From: Octopus bimaculoides
Lineage: Eukaryota
Reading direction: 5' to 3'
Assembly (NCBI RefSeq): GCF_001194135.2
Contig: NC_068999.1
Coordinates: 43,386,632 to 43,450,631, forward strand
DNA: 64,000 nt
Below, piece after piece: positions 13,708-27,590 of the stretch. The notes under the pieces are model-generated. The model made no database searches. It worked only from the letters and a program-made list of their open reading frames with translations, and had not been told where the DNA came from. The position numbers and the translations under genes were made by a program. How positions within the stretch are numbered: position 1 is the stretch's first letter; the number at the start of each line of letters is the position of its first letter.

Positions 13708-14768
13708 GCTGCTGCTCCTCCCCCTCTCTCCTTGTCGCACCTTGTTCACGCTGTGGATGTTTTGATCTTTTATTGTTATTATTACCTCTGCCTGCATTGT
13801 TTTCTAGTTGGGGTTGCAAGATATTTATTTATTTATTTATTTATTTATTAATTATTATTATTATTATTGTTATTATTTGTTACAAACCCTAACTTGCGTT
13901 AACATTGTTTTTCCAATATATTCTAATTATTGCTCTGTTTGAAGACTCATCCAATCGAGCTACTGCCACTAGCATTACAACTACTACTACTACTATTACT
14001 ACTACTATTATTATTATTAATATTAGGGCACTGGATGGCACAATCAAGATGTTGGTTAACCAAATGCTCAGTAGCATTTCCTACAACTGGGGTTGATTGA
14101 TTGCCTTTCGTCCTGGGAGCGATAAAATAAAATACCAGTTATGTTCTGGGGTTAATTTATTTTAACTAACTCCCTCCCACAAATTCCAAGCTTTCTGATT
14201 AAAATTAAAACAATTTTATTTTTAAATATATTCATTTAACGCTTTCTTTATAGATAAATAAACACATAAAATAAAGTGAACATTATTATTATTAGGGCAG
14301 AAGATTGGTAAAAGGATTTGCGTTGGGGAAAATTCCTTACTCTATTTAGTCCCAGTTCCTTGCATTCTGGGTTCAAGTCTGCAATGGTCAACTTTGTGTT
14401 ATATCCCTCCAGTTTGATAAAATGAACACCAAGGTCATTGGTATAGATTAATCCCCATCATTCAAAATCGTTAGCCTTGTGCTTAAAAATTAGATATAAT
14501 CATTTATTTATTTTATCATCATTATTATTATTATTATTATTATTGTCATCGGCCTCAGCATCAGCATCGTCAGCATCCCTAATGTTACTTGCACTGTCTT
14601 GCTGTATCTACTACTATCCCTGTTATGCAAATGCGTTCTTTGCCCAGACAAATTGGTCATCTGTCAGTTAAAGCTTTACTCGTCATAGTCAGTCATGCAG
14701 AATAGTAATTAAAACTCTACTGCCATCATCATCATCATCTTCATAACCATTTTCATCAATACCGATTT

Positions 14769-14822
<54 letters not shown>

Positions 14823-15558
14823 CTCTCAGACAGTTTTTTGTGTAATGNNNNNNNNNNATATATATATATATATATATATATTTACTCTCAGACAGTTTTT
14901 TGTGTAATGATTGCTTCCGCCATGTGTAAATGCTGCCCACCACAGTGGATGGATAGTTGGTTGCTATGGGGGCTGAAGAGAGAGAGAGAGAGAGAGAGTT
15001 AAGGAAGAGCCAAGTTTGTGTAGACTTTTCTGATGATGATTGTTGAATATGATACTTAAAGAAAATATAGCCATGAAGGACAAAAAAGCTATCACCTAGA
15101 AGAGAAAGCAATAAGAAGAGGATCTCTCCAAAACCTTAGAAGTCTTTCTTCAATTATTTTTGATGGATTTCTTCGACTGGTATTTAGTTACACTTGCATG
15201 CAGACAAACATGCTCACACTCACCAACAGTGTGAACAAGAAAGCAAAATAAAAAAAATAAAAACAAACAGTAAATACAGAAAGTCCAGTTATTTCTGTCA
15301 TTTGAAGAACAGAAGTGAGAAATGCAGAGTAACAATTTGTGATGAATTTTCAATGTGTGTGTGTGTGTGTGTGTTGTCCGACACTTCTACACGTCTGGTA
15401 CTTCACCACCTGGGAGTTAAACAACATTATAGAGTTGCTATGTGATGCCTTCCATATTCTCTTATCCCCATCCTCCCGTCTTTCTTGCTTACTATATCTT
15501 AAATGGTAAATTGTATAAGAATTAGATGCAGGGTGAAAATGAACAAGTGTTTGTCACA

Positions 15559-15786
15559 TTAACCCTTTAGTGTTTAAACCGGCCATATCCGGCCCAAATA
15601 TTCTACATGTTTTATATTTGAACTAGCCACATGTAGCCTCTCACACCAAACCTACATTGACATTCTAAAAATAAATAATCACATCATTGAGATTTCAAAG
15701 CAATGAGATAATGTATGATTAATTCAAAACAATTTGAGTGAAAAGGCATCACATTTAACAGAGTAATCTGAACATTAAGGGGTTAA
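15559..15786. mobile_element. piggyBac-like non-autonomous MITE (TTAA|CCC...GGG|TTAA)
   Basis: TTAA on both sides with CCCTTTA/TAAGGGG-type inverted ends. A related, more decayed copy lies at ~15865-16090. Confidence 0.7.
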
Positions 15787-16849
15787 AGGATATTGTGATT
15801 GCAGAATGTGGATGAAAGAGAAAAAATGATGGGAATAGCCTCGTCATTCATTCAATAGCCAGTCTAACCCTTTAGCATTTTAAACTGGCCATGTCTGAGC
15901 CAAATATTCTACCATCTGTCAAACCAGACAGATCCAACTTCTCACACCCACCCTACTTGGTCATTCTAAAAATAAATAATCAAATCATCGAAATCCCAAA
16001 GCTATAAGATGCTGTGTGATTAATTCACACAATGCAAATAAATAAACAAGCATTGTATTTGACAGAGTAATCTTAATACTAAAAGGTCAAAGGACTTGGA
16101 AGCTAAAGGAATAAAAATCAACCAGGGTTTAGTGTAGTCAGTTCCAGATCTATCTTGGTACATGTATCATAATGGACATTTCTTAGTCCCATTGTTTAAA
16201 CAGTAGCAAAACCTCAATGTGGAAGCTTTGACAAGCTAGATATACTTACTAAATATTATTTAAATCAAGTCTTAGTATCTTAGAACAAGAAGGATCATGG
16301 CTTAACTCACTCTTGCAGAAAAGCCATTTCCATGGCCTTTTGCAGGATAACGGTGAAGTGTGTTCCAATAATGAAAGTGGTTATTATTTTACTAAATCCT
16401 TCCGAGTTTGGATTTCTTGATAATTTGTCGGGACACTTAGATAATGTACTTCATTAGGAGTTATGAAAGAATGAACTATTACCTAACAGATCAGCATCTC
16501 AACTTAAGAATAATTTCAGGGTTCCAGGTGTAAATTTAGAATATTACTGTTGAGGAAATTTGTTTGTAAATTGAAAAAAATTCTTTATCGGCATCTACAG
16601 TTTTTGTAGATTTATCTTCCTTTATATTGATTTTAAGGATGCTAATTAATGTGGAATTGTTAATAGGCAATAGATTGCATTGTATACAACACTATGGTAA
16701 TGGATAGAGGGATACAGAAAAGACTAAGAAATATTGATTATAGATCCAGTGTTTTGAATCTGTTTTCTCCAGATGTTAAACCAGGTGATTGTTTTCTTCT
16801 TTTCTCTATTTCCATCCATCCATCTTCTCTGCCTGCTATTTCTAAGAGG

Positions 16850-17290
16850 GTGGCGAGGGGGTAGCATCTTCAGGCACCTCCTCCATACTGTCTCCTCAAA
16901 AGCAACCACCATTAGCCTTTCTGACTGGATTTCCGAGTGTGACCGACTGAATTTATGGATATTATTCAACCATCTCATTCTTGGACTATCCTTTGGTCTT
17001 CTGCTGGATGCCTCAACTTAAACAATCTGTCTTGCTAGTCTTTCCTGTGACATTCTAAAGACGTGTCCGTTGTACTGGTGCTGTGACCTCTTAGCATGGA
17101 AAAGTAGTCGCTGGATCAGGAGAGACTCCCTGATCTCCGAACTATGCACCCTGTTGAGCAACATTGCTCCAAGGATCATTTTGAAGAATCTCATTTCTGT
17201 CACTAATATTTGCAACCATACTCTTTCCGTTATTACCCAACATTTATGAATGACTATGGGTGAAGATAGGCACGAAAACTGAATTGAAGA
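16850..17290 (-). mobile_element. Decayed RTE-clade LINE 3' fragment
   Basis: Minus-strand translation WLQILVTEMRFFKMILGAMLLNRVHSSEIRESLLIQRLLFHAKRSQHQYNGHVFRMSQERLARQIV...PRMRW. This matches the RTE C-terminal pattern (AEMRFLR..LDRVRNSEIRE...RWYGHVxRM..R..RW). Confidence 0.8.
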
Positions 17291-20147
17291 TATTTTCATC
17301 TCTTTTAGAGTTATCTTTCTTTCCTCCAGTTTTTATAAACGAGAATCACACGTGTTGTGTACAGCGCAGTTTCTGTACATGTGCAAGAGAGAGAGGGAGA
17401 GAAAGCAATGAAAAAGAAAGAGACAGGAGATAGAAGAAATACATCTATATTGCTAGGTAGAAGTTCTCAAAAGCATATCCATAGAACAAACACCAGAATA
17501 AATTACTATGAGAATTCTTAGTTGAGTTTATTTATGTTGTCAGTCTTTCAGCTTTCCAACTCAGTTGTCAAGCTTTTCAAGCATATCATCTCATACTGAT
17601 TGGAATGGTGCATTTTTATCTACAGACTAAAAGTAAATTGATTCCTGCTGATAGTTCTTCAAATGGAGTTTATCTATGAAGGTTTATTTATATNNNNNNN
17701 NNNNNNNNNNNNNNNNNNNNNNNNNNNNNNNNNNNNNNNNNNNNNNNNNNNNNNNNNNNNNNNNNNNNNNNNNNNNNNNNNNTATATACATATGTCTGGT
17801 TATGCTGGTTCTTGCGATTCTTCTTTTACCATTTGTTAATTCTGTATTTATGTTTCTATAGATTTTACACACAAATACACACACACATTAATTATATCAT
17901 ATTCTCTGTGTGTATATGTGTGTTGGGAGGTTTGTTTTGTTTTGTTTTTTTTGCATCTGGAACAGTAGTTATGCAATTATAAGATTGAAATTCTTCTGAA
18001 AGTTGTGTAGTTTGAAAATAATTAGCCTCAAGGAAGAGTATATCTATCCTCTATTACATTTTTTTAAACGTACTCACACTTGACGAAGAATGAAAATCAA
18101 TTTAATGTTCGCTTAGGTTTTATTTCTATCTAAACTAAAATAAGGCCATTTTATTCTTTTTCTACTTCTTCATCTTCCATTTTTTCCATAACTAATTCTT
18201 TTTTTTCTTGTAATTTCGAATCTTTTTTTTTTTTTAGTTCTCATTTTGTTTATTTCTGTGAAATCTTCGTGAAAATAGCCAAAGTGCTCCAATTGAGTTA
18301 GCCACTATAAATAACACATATCTTTCTTCTTCCTTTCTTTTTATGTTTTTAAATGAGCTTTTTGCCATAAAAATATGTTTTCATTCTAATTATGTGTTTC
18401 CTGTTATATTTAAGTTGAAAATAGCTGGTGCTAGATTTGATAAAAAAAATAATAATAATTCTAGGATGGTTGTTGGTTTTATTGTTGTTTGTTAGTATTA
18501 TTTTTCTTTACCTTTTTCTGTCTTTTTTAAAACTTTTTCATTCATTAGTATTTAGGGTTAGTGTGTAGTGGTAGGGCTAGTATATTCAAGTTTGTATCTT
18601 TTTATTTTTTTGTTTCCTTTCTGTGTTTGGGTATATAAATATTATTAATTAGGCCTGGAGGAAAACAAAATATATATTTCTTAACTGCTAGAAGTATGGA
18701 TGAATTACCTTTTTTATGTATACTACTGCTACTGTTGAGGAAGTCTCTAATGTGGTCATTCAACCTGATAGAAATAGCAGCTTGATCTCCATCAAATTTC
18801 AACGTAGCACCTGAAAAAAAAGTTGTTTTAGATATTTCATTTTGGACACAATATTTGAATAAGATGGGATGGTCATGTCTGGACTTTCTCTGATCATAGA
18901 TTTGTTTGCTCAGTCTATATTGACTTGGGACTAAACAACAACAACAATTATACATGATTGAAAATATATGAACAGTATTAGACTTTTTGTGTTCTTGATG
19001 ACAGTAAGATGGATTCTAGCCAGAAGAATGAAAGCCAAAATGGTAAATAGTCTTAACAGCTCCGATTGTAAGACAAGACATCTGTTCTTTGTGTCTGGAG
19101 AGAAAACAATATGTCCTCTGTGTATTTCTGTCTTTGATATTCTCACCATTTGCTTATTTGGTCTATTTTTATGAAATTGTAGTCTTTTGTGTTTCTTATC
19201 CTTACTCTGGTTTGTTGATTTTCAATAAAAATTTAGATGTTAATTGTAAAAACAGGGGAGAAAAATAAAAAAATCAATTTCCTATAGACAAAAGAATTTG
19301 TGATAGTGAGATGTGTGTGTGTGTGTGTATGCAGGAGTACCGTATGTACAAACAGTCTTTGTGGTCTTCTTTTGTGCTGGTTAGATATGGGTATGGACAA
19401 TAAGAAATACAATCCTTTGAACTTAGAAACATCATACTAAGCTAGTTAGGGAACCACTGTGTTGTCACTCAGCTGATTAGAAATAACTTTTTATTCCTCC
19501 TGTGTGGGTGACAAAATAGAGTTACCAGTTAAGTACTGGCATCAGTAAAATCAAGTAATGCTTAGCAGTGTTTTGTCTGTCTTTATGTTCTGAGTTCAAA
19601 TTTTGCTGAGGTTGATTGTGGCCTTCAATCCATTCAGGGTCAATAAACAGTGGGGTTGATGTAATCGATTTAACCCCTCCCCTGAAATTGCTGGCCTTGT
19701 GCCAAAATTTGAAGTCTGTATTAATTTGGTGGATTGGCAGAATTGTTAGAGCACTGGGAAAAAATATTGTACAGCTTCACGTTGTGGTACTTTAGATTCA
19801 GAGTTCAAATCTTGTAGAGGTCAGATTTACTTCTGATATTTGTGTGGTGGATTAGATTATCACCAGATTACACTGATTCCTTCTTCCAGAATAGATATTA
19901 TGAAGACTATATCTACAACCCTGGATGAGTTATATTCAATATATTCTTTACCAAAAGTGAACTGAGATGCTTATACTCTCAACTGGCAGTGGTTGAAGTT
20001 GACGACTCTCTCTCTCTCTCTTTTTCTCTCTTTCTCTCTCTCACACACACACTACCAGTATTGTGCCTATGGTAAAAATTTTTATAGCTGTTTAGAATTT
20101 ATTAATCAGCCTTTAATACATACAACTGCACACACTCACACAAACAC

Positions 20148-20190
<43 letters not shown>

Positions 20191-21470
20191 AATGAGGAAG
20201 TTTATTCACAGCTACACAAACTGCAAGACATAGCAGCTTACACTCCCTCAAATCCCAGCCTGCTATCTCACATATTGTACACATTGGACAACATAATCTC
20301 TTACACACAATTTAGGATTTGATGATCATGGCTGGAATGCCATTGATCAGAGGTCTGCTAAATTAATGCTGATCTGGGTGTAGAGAACAGACAACAACAA
20401 CAATCACATCACATTCTCACAGACATACAACCAATCTGTTGTTAGATTCTATACACGACACAAATATTGGAGATGACAAGATCCAACAACAAACTACTTC
20501 ACACCTAGTTTGGTATCAAAGGACGAACGGACATATTTGTTGGATGAATGGATCGTGCAATGTGGAGTGTAATGGTGATGATGGTAGAGGTGAAGGAGAA
20601 TAATAATAATAATTATTATTTTACAAAAAAGGGAGCTAATTCTTGTTTGTGCAACCAATGACCAACGTGCATTCTAATCTTTTGTTAAGGCTTTGCTGCA
20701 CACCTCTTGTTTGCAACGCTTGTGTATAATACAGCACCATTTGTTAAATAACCTGCCTGGAATTTATTATTATTAATTATTACCATCCTTATTTATTATT
20801 ATTATTATTATTATTTACACTTATTGGTATCAATTTTATCTTCAACGAAATCATAATTGCATTCATTTCTGTATTTGTATAGTTTGGACTAGTTAACGAG
20901 ATTAGACATTTCATACTGATACACATGTACATATGAATAATATATGTGTAATATAGTCAGTTAATTAGACATGTAGAAATTAGGCGTAAATAGAGAATGA
21001 ATACATACATAGAACAATCTATATTTATTGTACCACCTATCTATGTCTTTTTTTTTTTTTGTCTGTGTGCTTCTGGCTTGCATAACTAATATTACAGAAC
21101 CTTTTGTAGTATATGTATGTATGCTTGCTACCCCTCTGTCACTCCAAATTGCTGCTGCGTCTCATAGCATTCCCCTATATTATAGGAATCCTGTATGTGT
21201 CTACGCATATGTACATATATATTACGTGTGTGTGTGTGTAATATATATGTGTGTGTGTGTGTGTGTCCATATGCACACACTGCCATATATGTATATCCAC
21301 ATATGTATATTATACGCAATGACATGTGGTTTTATATATATATATATATTTATATGCACCCTGAAATTTTGCAAACTTTAATCTGTGTTTGCTCACACTC
21401 TCCGTAACGTTAGTTCAAATATCCTTCATTCTGTTACCATAATTATTATTATTATTATTATTATTATAAA

Positions 21471-22460
21471 GTAGGTGGTGAGCTGGCAGAATTGTTAAGA
21501 CACTGGGTGAAATGCTTAACACTAGTTCGCCCGTCACTACGTTCTGAGTTCAAATTCCGCCAAGGTTGACTTTGCCTTTCATCCTTTCACGGTCGATAAA
21601 AACAAGTACCAGTTAAATGCTGAAGTTGATGTAATTGACTCATCCCCACCTCTCCCCAAATCCCCGTGTGGCAAAAAATTGAAATAATTATTATTATTAC
21701 TATTATTATTGTTATTATTATTATCATCATCCTCATCATCAAGGTGACGAGCATGCTGAATGAAATGCTGAAAAGCATTTCATCCATCTTTGCGTTCTGA
21801 GTTCAAATTCCACCAAGGTCGACTTTGTCTTTCATCTTTCCAAGGTTGATAAAATAAGTACTGGGTTTTATATATTCGACAAGCTCCACCCTCCACTGAA
21901 AAAAAAAAAAAGAAAAAAAGAAAAAAAACTCCACGCCTTGTGCCTGTACTACAAAGAATTATTATTATTATTATTGGCTTGCAGCATTTCTTCTGACTCT
22001 TTACGTTCTGAGTTCAAATTCTGCCATGGTCATCTTTGCATTTCATGCTTTTGGGATCAATGAAGTTATGTAACAGTCAAGTATTTGGGTCAGTGATATC
22101 GATTATCCCAAATTTATGGATGTGTGCCATTATTATTATTATTATTATTCACAAGGCTGCGAGATGGCAGAATCGTTAGCACACCGGGTGGAATGCTTCG
22201 CAGTGTTTCGTCTACCATTATGCTCTGAGTTCATATGCTGCCAGGGTCGACTTTGCCTGTCATCCTTTCAGGGTCGATAAATTAAGTACCAGATACCGGT
22301 ACTTAATTTTGCTAGGGCCAATGTAATCGACTGGCCCCGCTCCCGCCAAGGTCAGTCGGCTTTGCCTTTCATCCTTCCAACTTTGGGGGCAATGTAATTT
22401 GACAAGCCCCACCCCCTAAATTTCAGGCCTTGTGCCTTAAGTAGAAAGGATTATTATTAT
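21471..22460 (+). mobile_element. Cluster of ~4 head-to-tail tRNA-derived SINE copies with (ATT)n tails
   Basis: Repeated motif gttctgagttcaaattc..caaggtcgactttgcctttcatcc separated by ATT runs. The same family occurs at ~14330, ~19560, ~48535 and ~59900. Confidence 0.75.
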
Positions 22461-23479
22461 TATCATCATTGCAGTGAAGATGATTGTTGCCATAGCAATA
22501 TTTTTAATAGTAGAGAGAGACCATATATCTGATAGTATTCTCTCTCTCTCTTTCTCTTTCCTTCTCTCTCCCCCTAATCAAAACTTGCCATTGCCCAAGT
22601 TCTGTTTTTGTATGTAGGTTTGGGAGGCAATAAAGTATGTACCAGACATGTTTTTAAATCGAAGCAAATCTGTATTTTTTTTTTTGTTTTTTCAATTTTG
22701 TATTTTCAATTTCCTTATTTTGGAACAAAAAAATATTCAGGAAATGAAAGAACAAAGTCTAAAACAAGGAAAGACAAAAATCGTCCTGGAACATTTATTG
22801 TATGTTTGTATCTATGCATTTGTGTGTATGTATGTATGTGTGTATGTATGTATGTATGTATGTATGTGTGTGCACATATGTAGATATATATATATATATA
22901 TATATGTCTAAATACATTCATATATATATGTATACATGTATGTATGTATGTGTGTGCATATATATATGTATATATGTCTAAATACATTCATATATATATG
23001 TATACATGTGTGTTTGTATGTGTGTGTGTATATATATGTGAGGGTATATATAATATAGTGTAATATATTATATTTATATATGTATATGTGGGTGTATATA
23101 TGTGCATGTATGTATATATGTTTGTTTGTATATGTGTCAGTGTATGGATTTATATATATGTGTAGATGTCTTTGGGTGTATATGTATATACATGCATGTT
23201 TTGGTCCTTCACTCTCATTCGCGCTGATATTAAAGTGTCTCTTGGCAGCTATTTTAAGGACACCATTACTTATGTGATAACCACACCCCATCATGACCCA
23301 CATGCAAAAATAGATGCAGACTCTCAAACGAGAGTAAATTACTCATCAGAAAAATAAAAGGAACTAATAATAGTTCAGTTAAAACATTCCCAGCTGTGTA
23401 GCACCCATTCTCAAACACAATAATTACATTAGTGTTGGGGGAGGGGGGAGAAAAAAAAACATTTTCAGAACTGCATGTG

Positions 23480-24460
23480 GTCTCTCATTAACAACCAAGG
23501 GACTTCTGAAGAAGTCTCACTGTTGAAAAAAAATTAGAAGTCTTGGTTTTCTCTGTGAAAAAATATAAGGCTATTTTTTTTCATCCACCAGTTCACTGGC
23601 CAAAGAACACAACATTGGTCACAAATGTACCAAAGATTTGGCAGAGATTCTCTGGTAGCAATACCACACTCTGTCTTTAGTGATCCTGATGTATTTGATT
23701 TTGGTAGAATCGATGAAGTAAATCCTTAACATATCATCCCTGATATCGCTTTCAGCCCTGCAGACACGATAGCATTAATTAATAAAATTAAGCTCCATTC
23801 TGTAGTGGGCCCTGACAGGTTCTGTTCTCATACCCTGCAGTGAAGACATCAACTTGCATCTTATCGAGATAATCTCTGGAGGAATTCATTAGACTTTGGT
23901 TTTATTCCTGAATGTCCTTTGACCCATTCTTTTTTTTACAACAACAACAATAACAAAAAAGAAAGAAGGTACATGAATTACCATGTGATCTCATTAACTT
24001 CCCATATCATTGTTTCCGAGAAGGTGATGAGATCAAAAACAACTGCCTTGCCAGAAGACAAAAAATCATCTACCTCCCGATGACTAGTTTTCATAGCGTC
24101 AGAGATAACATAACACATTCTTGCACCACTTTTTTGAGATTTTAAGTGTTCTGGATGAGAGTCAAGCACAGATGTCATTTATTTTGATTCAAGTAAAGCT
24201 TTTGGCAGAGTCAACCCCAACATGCTGCTGAAGAAATTATCCAATACTGGAGTCTGAGGAAAGGTACTGCATTGGATTGCTTCCTGATAAACAGGATCCA
24301 ACCTATTACGACTGTCAGAATTTACTCAAGACATGCTAAAGTCATTTGTGGCATACCCCAGGATTCTGTGTTGGACCTGTGTCTGTTCATTGTTTACAGA
24401 AATGAAATTGCTAATGTCATAAAACATTGTAAAATATAAATTCTTGAAGATGATCAGACA
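23480..24460 (+). mobile_element. Decayed CR1/L2-like LINE reverse transcriptase remnant
   Basis: Broken frames give SVVGPD, ISLTSHII..EKVMR, DVIYFDSSKAFGRV...LLKKL...G..LHWIAS, GIPQDSVL..LFIVY..E and LEDD. These are degenerate RT motifs (SxGPDG, PISLTS, DVIYLDFxKAFD, GVPQGSVLGP, FADD). Confidence 0.85.
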
Positions 24461-25812
24461 GAACTTTAATCCAATTTAAATACTGAGATTTGTTGAGAGT
24501 GGGGGAAGAGAAAGAAACATCTTGAAAATAATCAAAGAAGGAACAGACCATGTAACATTCCAACAATACCAGAACTAATTCCTCCGTGATATACAAGACA
24601 AGCTTCCAACACAAGTAGGCTATTGTGACCTAAACCATGTTTTAAGACTGTTCTAGGTACCGTTAAGGTAGACATGACCAGGACTAAATGACCAAAATCT
24701 AAGTTGTGTGCGTGTATACAACCACATACACACAGGTTGTATGTGTGTTTGTTGAAAGTTATTGAGCTCGCTATATATGTGTGCGTGTAGTTTGGGCTGA
24801 AAGAGTTGATTGCATAAAACATTGGCTTTGTGGATGGAGAGAGACGAACAAATATTTACTGTTATATTTTAGCTGTAGGCGTACTGGTTGCCCGTTCTTG
24901 CAGCTTATATTACATGACTTCAATTAAGATTTTCTTTTTATGACATATATTTGCATGCTTACACATACCTATGTCTATTCACACATACATGTATATATGT
25001 ATATATATATATATATATTTACACACATACATACTTATGCATAGATATATTGATCTGTGTGTGTTTGTGTATATATATATGTATATATACTACAGAATGG
25101 GATTATANNNNNNNNNNNNNNNNNNNNNNNNNNNNNNNNNNNNNNNNNNNNNNNNNNNNNNNNNNNNNNNNNNNNNNNNNNNNNNNNNNNNNNNNNNNNN
25201 NNNNNNNNNNNNNNNNNNNNNNNNNNNNNNNNNNNNNNNNNNNNNNNNNNNNNNNNNNNNNNNNNNNNNNNNNNNNNNNNNNNNNNNNNNNNNNNNNNNN
25301 NNNNNNNNNNNNNNNNNNNNNNNNNNNNNNNNNNNNNNNNNNNNNNNNNNNNNNNNNNNNNNNNNNNNNNNNNNNNNNNNNNNNNNNNNNNNNNNNNNNN
25401 NNNNNNNNNNNNNNNNNNNNNNNNNNNNNNNNNNNNNNNNNNNNNNNNNNNNNNNNNNNNNNNNNNNNNNNNNNNNNNNNNNNNNNNNNNNNNNNNNNNN
25501 NNNNNNNNNNNNNNNNNNNNNNNNNNNNNNNNNNNNNNNNNNNNNNNNNNNNNNNNNNNNNNNNNNNNNNNNNNNNNNNNNNNNNNNNNNNNNNNNNNNN
25601 NNNNNNNNNNNNNNNNNNNNNNNNNNNNNNNNNNNNNNNNNNNNNNNNNNNNNNNNNNNNNNNNNNNNNNNNNNNNNNNNNNNNNNNNNNNNNNNNNNNN
25701 NNNNNNNNNNNNNNNNNNNNNNNNNNNNNNNNNNNNNNNNNTCATACAGAACTCTTGTACAGTGCTTGATATATATATATAGATATATTATATATATATA
25801 GATATATTATAT

Positions 25813-26484
25813 AACAAAGATTTCTCTAACTGGCTTTCATTGCGAAGCAAATTTTCAAGAAGAGGGAAAATGAAAATGTTTTTTACAAAAAAGTACAAAA
25901 TGAAGAAAATAATATATAAAAAAAAAATAATGTATAAAAAAATAAATATATCAATACATTATATTGTCTTTGAGCTTTTGAAGTTCAATGGTAATTCATG
26001 TATATAATGGTTGGAAAAATAAGGATGCATGAGAATTGAGAATTGTGTTAGGTTTAAAAAAAGGGTTAAAAGTTTGTGTTAAGCAGGAAGTGTGGTGTCA
26101 AAACAGGAAGTGTGTGTAAGGGATGGGAACAGGCATAAACTTCCTGTTGAAAAAAAGAAGAGTTCATAACTCCAACTTAAAACATTTGTCTCCCCTTACA
26201 CACACTTCCTGTTTTGACACCACACTTCCTGCTTAACACAAACTTTTAACACTTTTTTTAAACCTAACACAATTCTCAATTCTCATGCATCCTTATTTTT
26301 CCAACCATTATCGATATGGATTACCATTGAACTTTAAAAGCTCAAAGACAATATAATGTATTGGTATATTTATTTTTTTATATATTATTTTCTTCATTTT
26401 GTACTTTTTTGTAAAAAACATTTTCATTTTCCCTCTTCTTGAAAATTTGCTTCGCAATGAAAGCCGGTTAGAGAAATCTTTATT
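25813..26484. mobile_element. ~670-bp foldback / long inverted repeat (MITE-like)
   Basis: Arm 25816-26122 is the near-perfect reverse complement of 26193-26481 (few mismatches, one ~18-nt indel). Loop is ~70 nt. Confidence 0.85.
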
Positions 26485-27333
26485 AAAATATGCTTCCAGT
26501 TTAGCATTCTGCCTTATTATTATTTTTCATTTTCCTATTATTTCTCCACGTGCAGTTAACACAACCCGACTATTTGCTGACATATATATAGCTTTCTGTG
26601 TGTGTGTGTTTGTAGAGATTATAAGGTAGTGTTTTATCTTAAATAGAGAAAAGTATAAGTTCCCCAGAGTGAGTTTGCAGTTGACTAGCTTTTGTAGCAT
26701 CTTGATAATGGTACAAGAACTGTCAATCTCTTGTCGCTTCAATCTCTTGTTCCTTACTGGCAGGGATCTCACTCAAAAATATACAAGGAAGTCTTTCTCG
26801 TTTGCTAGCTCTGAAGTGGCTTGATTTCTTTTTAATATATTAATGGTTTAGTGAGCAGAGGATAAGCAGTACTTCAAGACTGGTGGCTGGAAATAAGGGA
26901 CGAAAACCACAGTTCACTAGATATCTTTTTACTAGAAACCTGAGCCAATAGCTTGCAAATGAATAAACTCTACTAAAGGCAAGCTAAAAAGGTGATGTAG
27001 TGGTGGTTAAATCTTCAAACATCCAATGTGCAATTGATTCAGTGTGTACTCTGGACAACTTGTTTTGTTCACTTCATTTTTTACGTCTATAAATTTAACA
27101 GCAGATAGATACTGTGTCATTTCTTATCACAAGTACACCATTCTCTCATCTTCTTCAGTGAAATAATATACAAAGTTCCAGGATCAATTAAGATAATGTC
27201 AACTTGTGTTGTCATGTATGATGTTCTTGCAAATAACTTTTCAGATTGGAAGACAACAAAGAGTTGAGAGTCATATAGTCATAGTCTTAACATATTTTGT
27301 AGTGTACAAATTGATGTAGTATATAGTTTAAAC

Positions 27334-27590
27334 GTGGAGGCACGTGGCTTAGTAGTTAGGGTGTCAGTACCATGGTCGTAAGATTGTGGTTTCGATTCCT
27401 GGACCGGGCGATACGTTGTGTTCTTGAGCAAAAGACTTCATTTCACGTTGCTCCAGTCCACTCAGTTGGCAAAAATGAGTAATGCTGCGATAGACTGGCG
27501 TCCCTTCCAGCTGGGGAACGCATACGCCATTGAAATTAGGAAACCGGGCCCACGAGCTTCGCTAGGCTTTAAAAGGGCGCATTTATTATT
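27334..27590 (+). mobile_element. tRNA-derived SINE (second family)
   Basis: A-box/B-box-like head (gtggcttagtagttagg...ggtttcgattcct) then ttgtgttcttgagcaaa...ttgctccagtccactcag core. A decayed relative lies at ~400-520. Confidence 0.65.

Noticed and set aside
14820-14908. Direct repeat tttactctcagacagttttttgtgtaatg on both sides of a short N-gap
   Set aside because: Typical duplicated contig ends at a scaffolding gap; an assembly artefact rather than biology.
18640-19180. Complex segment with Cys-rich frames as a possible piggyBac transposase remnant
   Set aside because: No convincing catalytic or zinc-finger motif in any frame by eye.
27334-27410. tRNA-like head sequences (also at 40822 and 21471) as tRNA genes
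   Set aside because: They continue into multi-copy SINE bodies and I could not build a cloverleaf with an acceptor stem.
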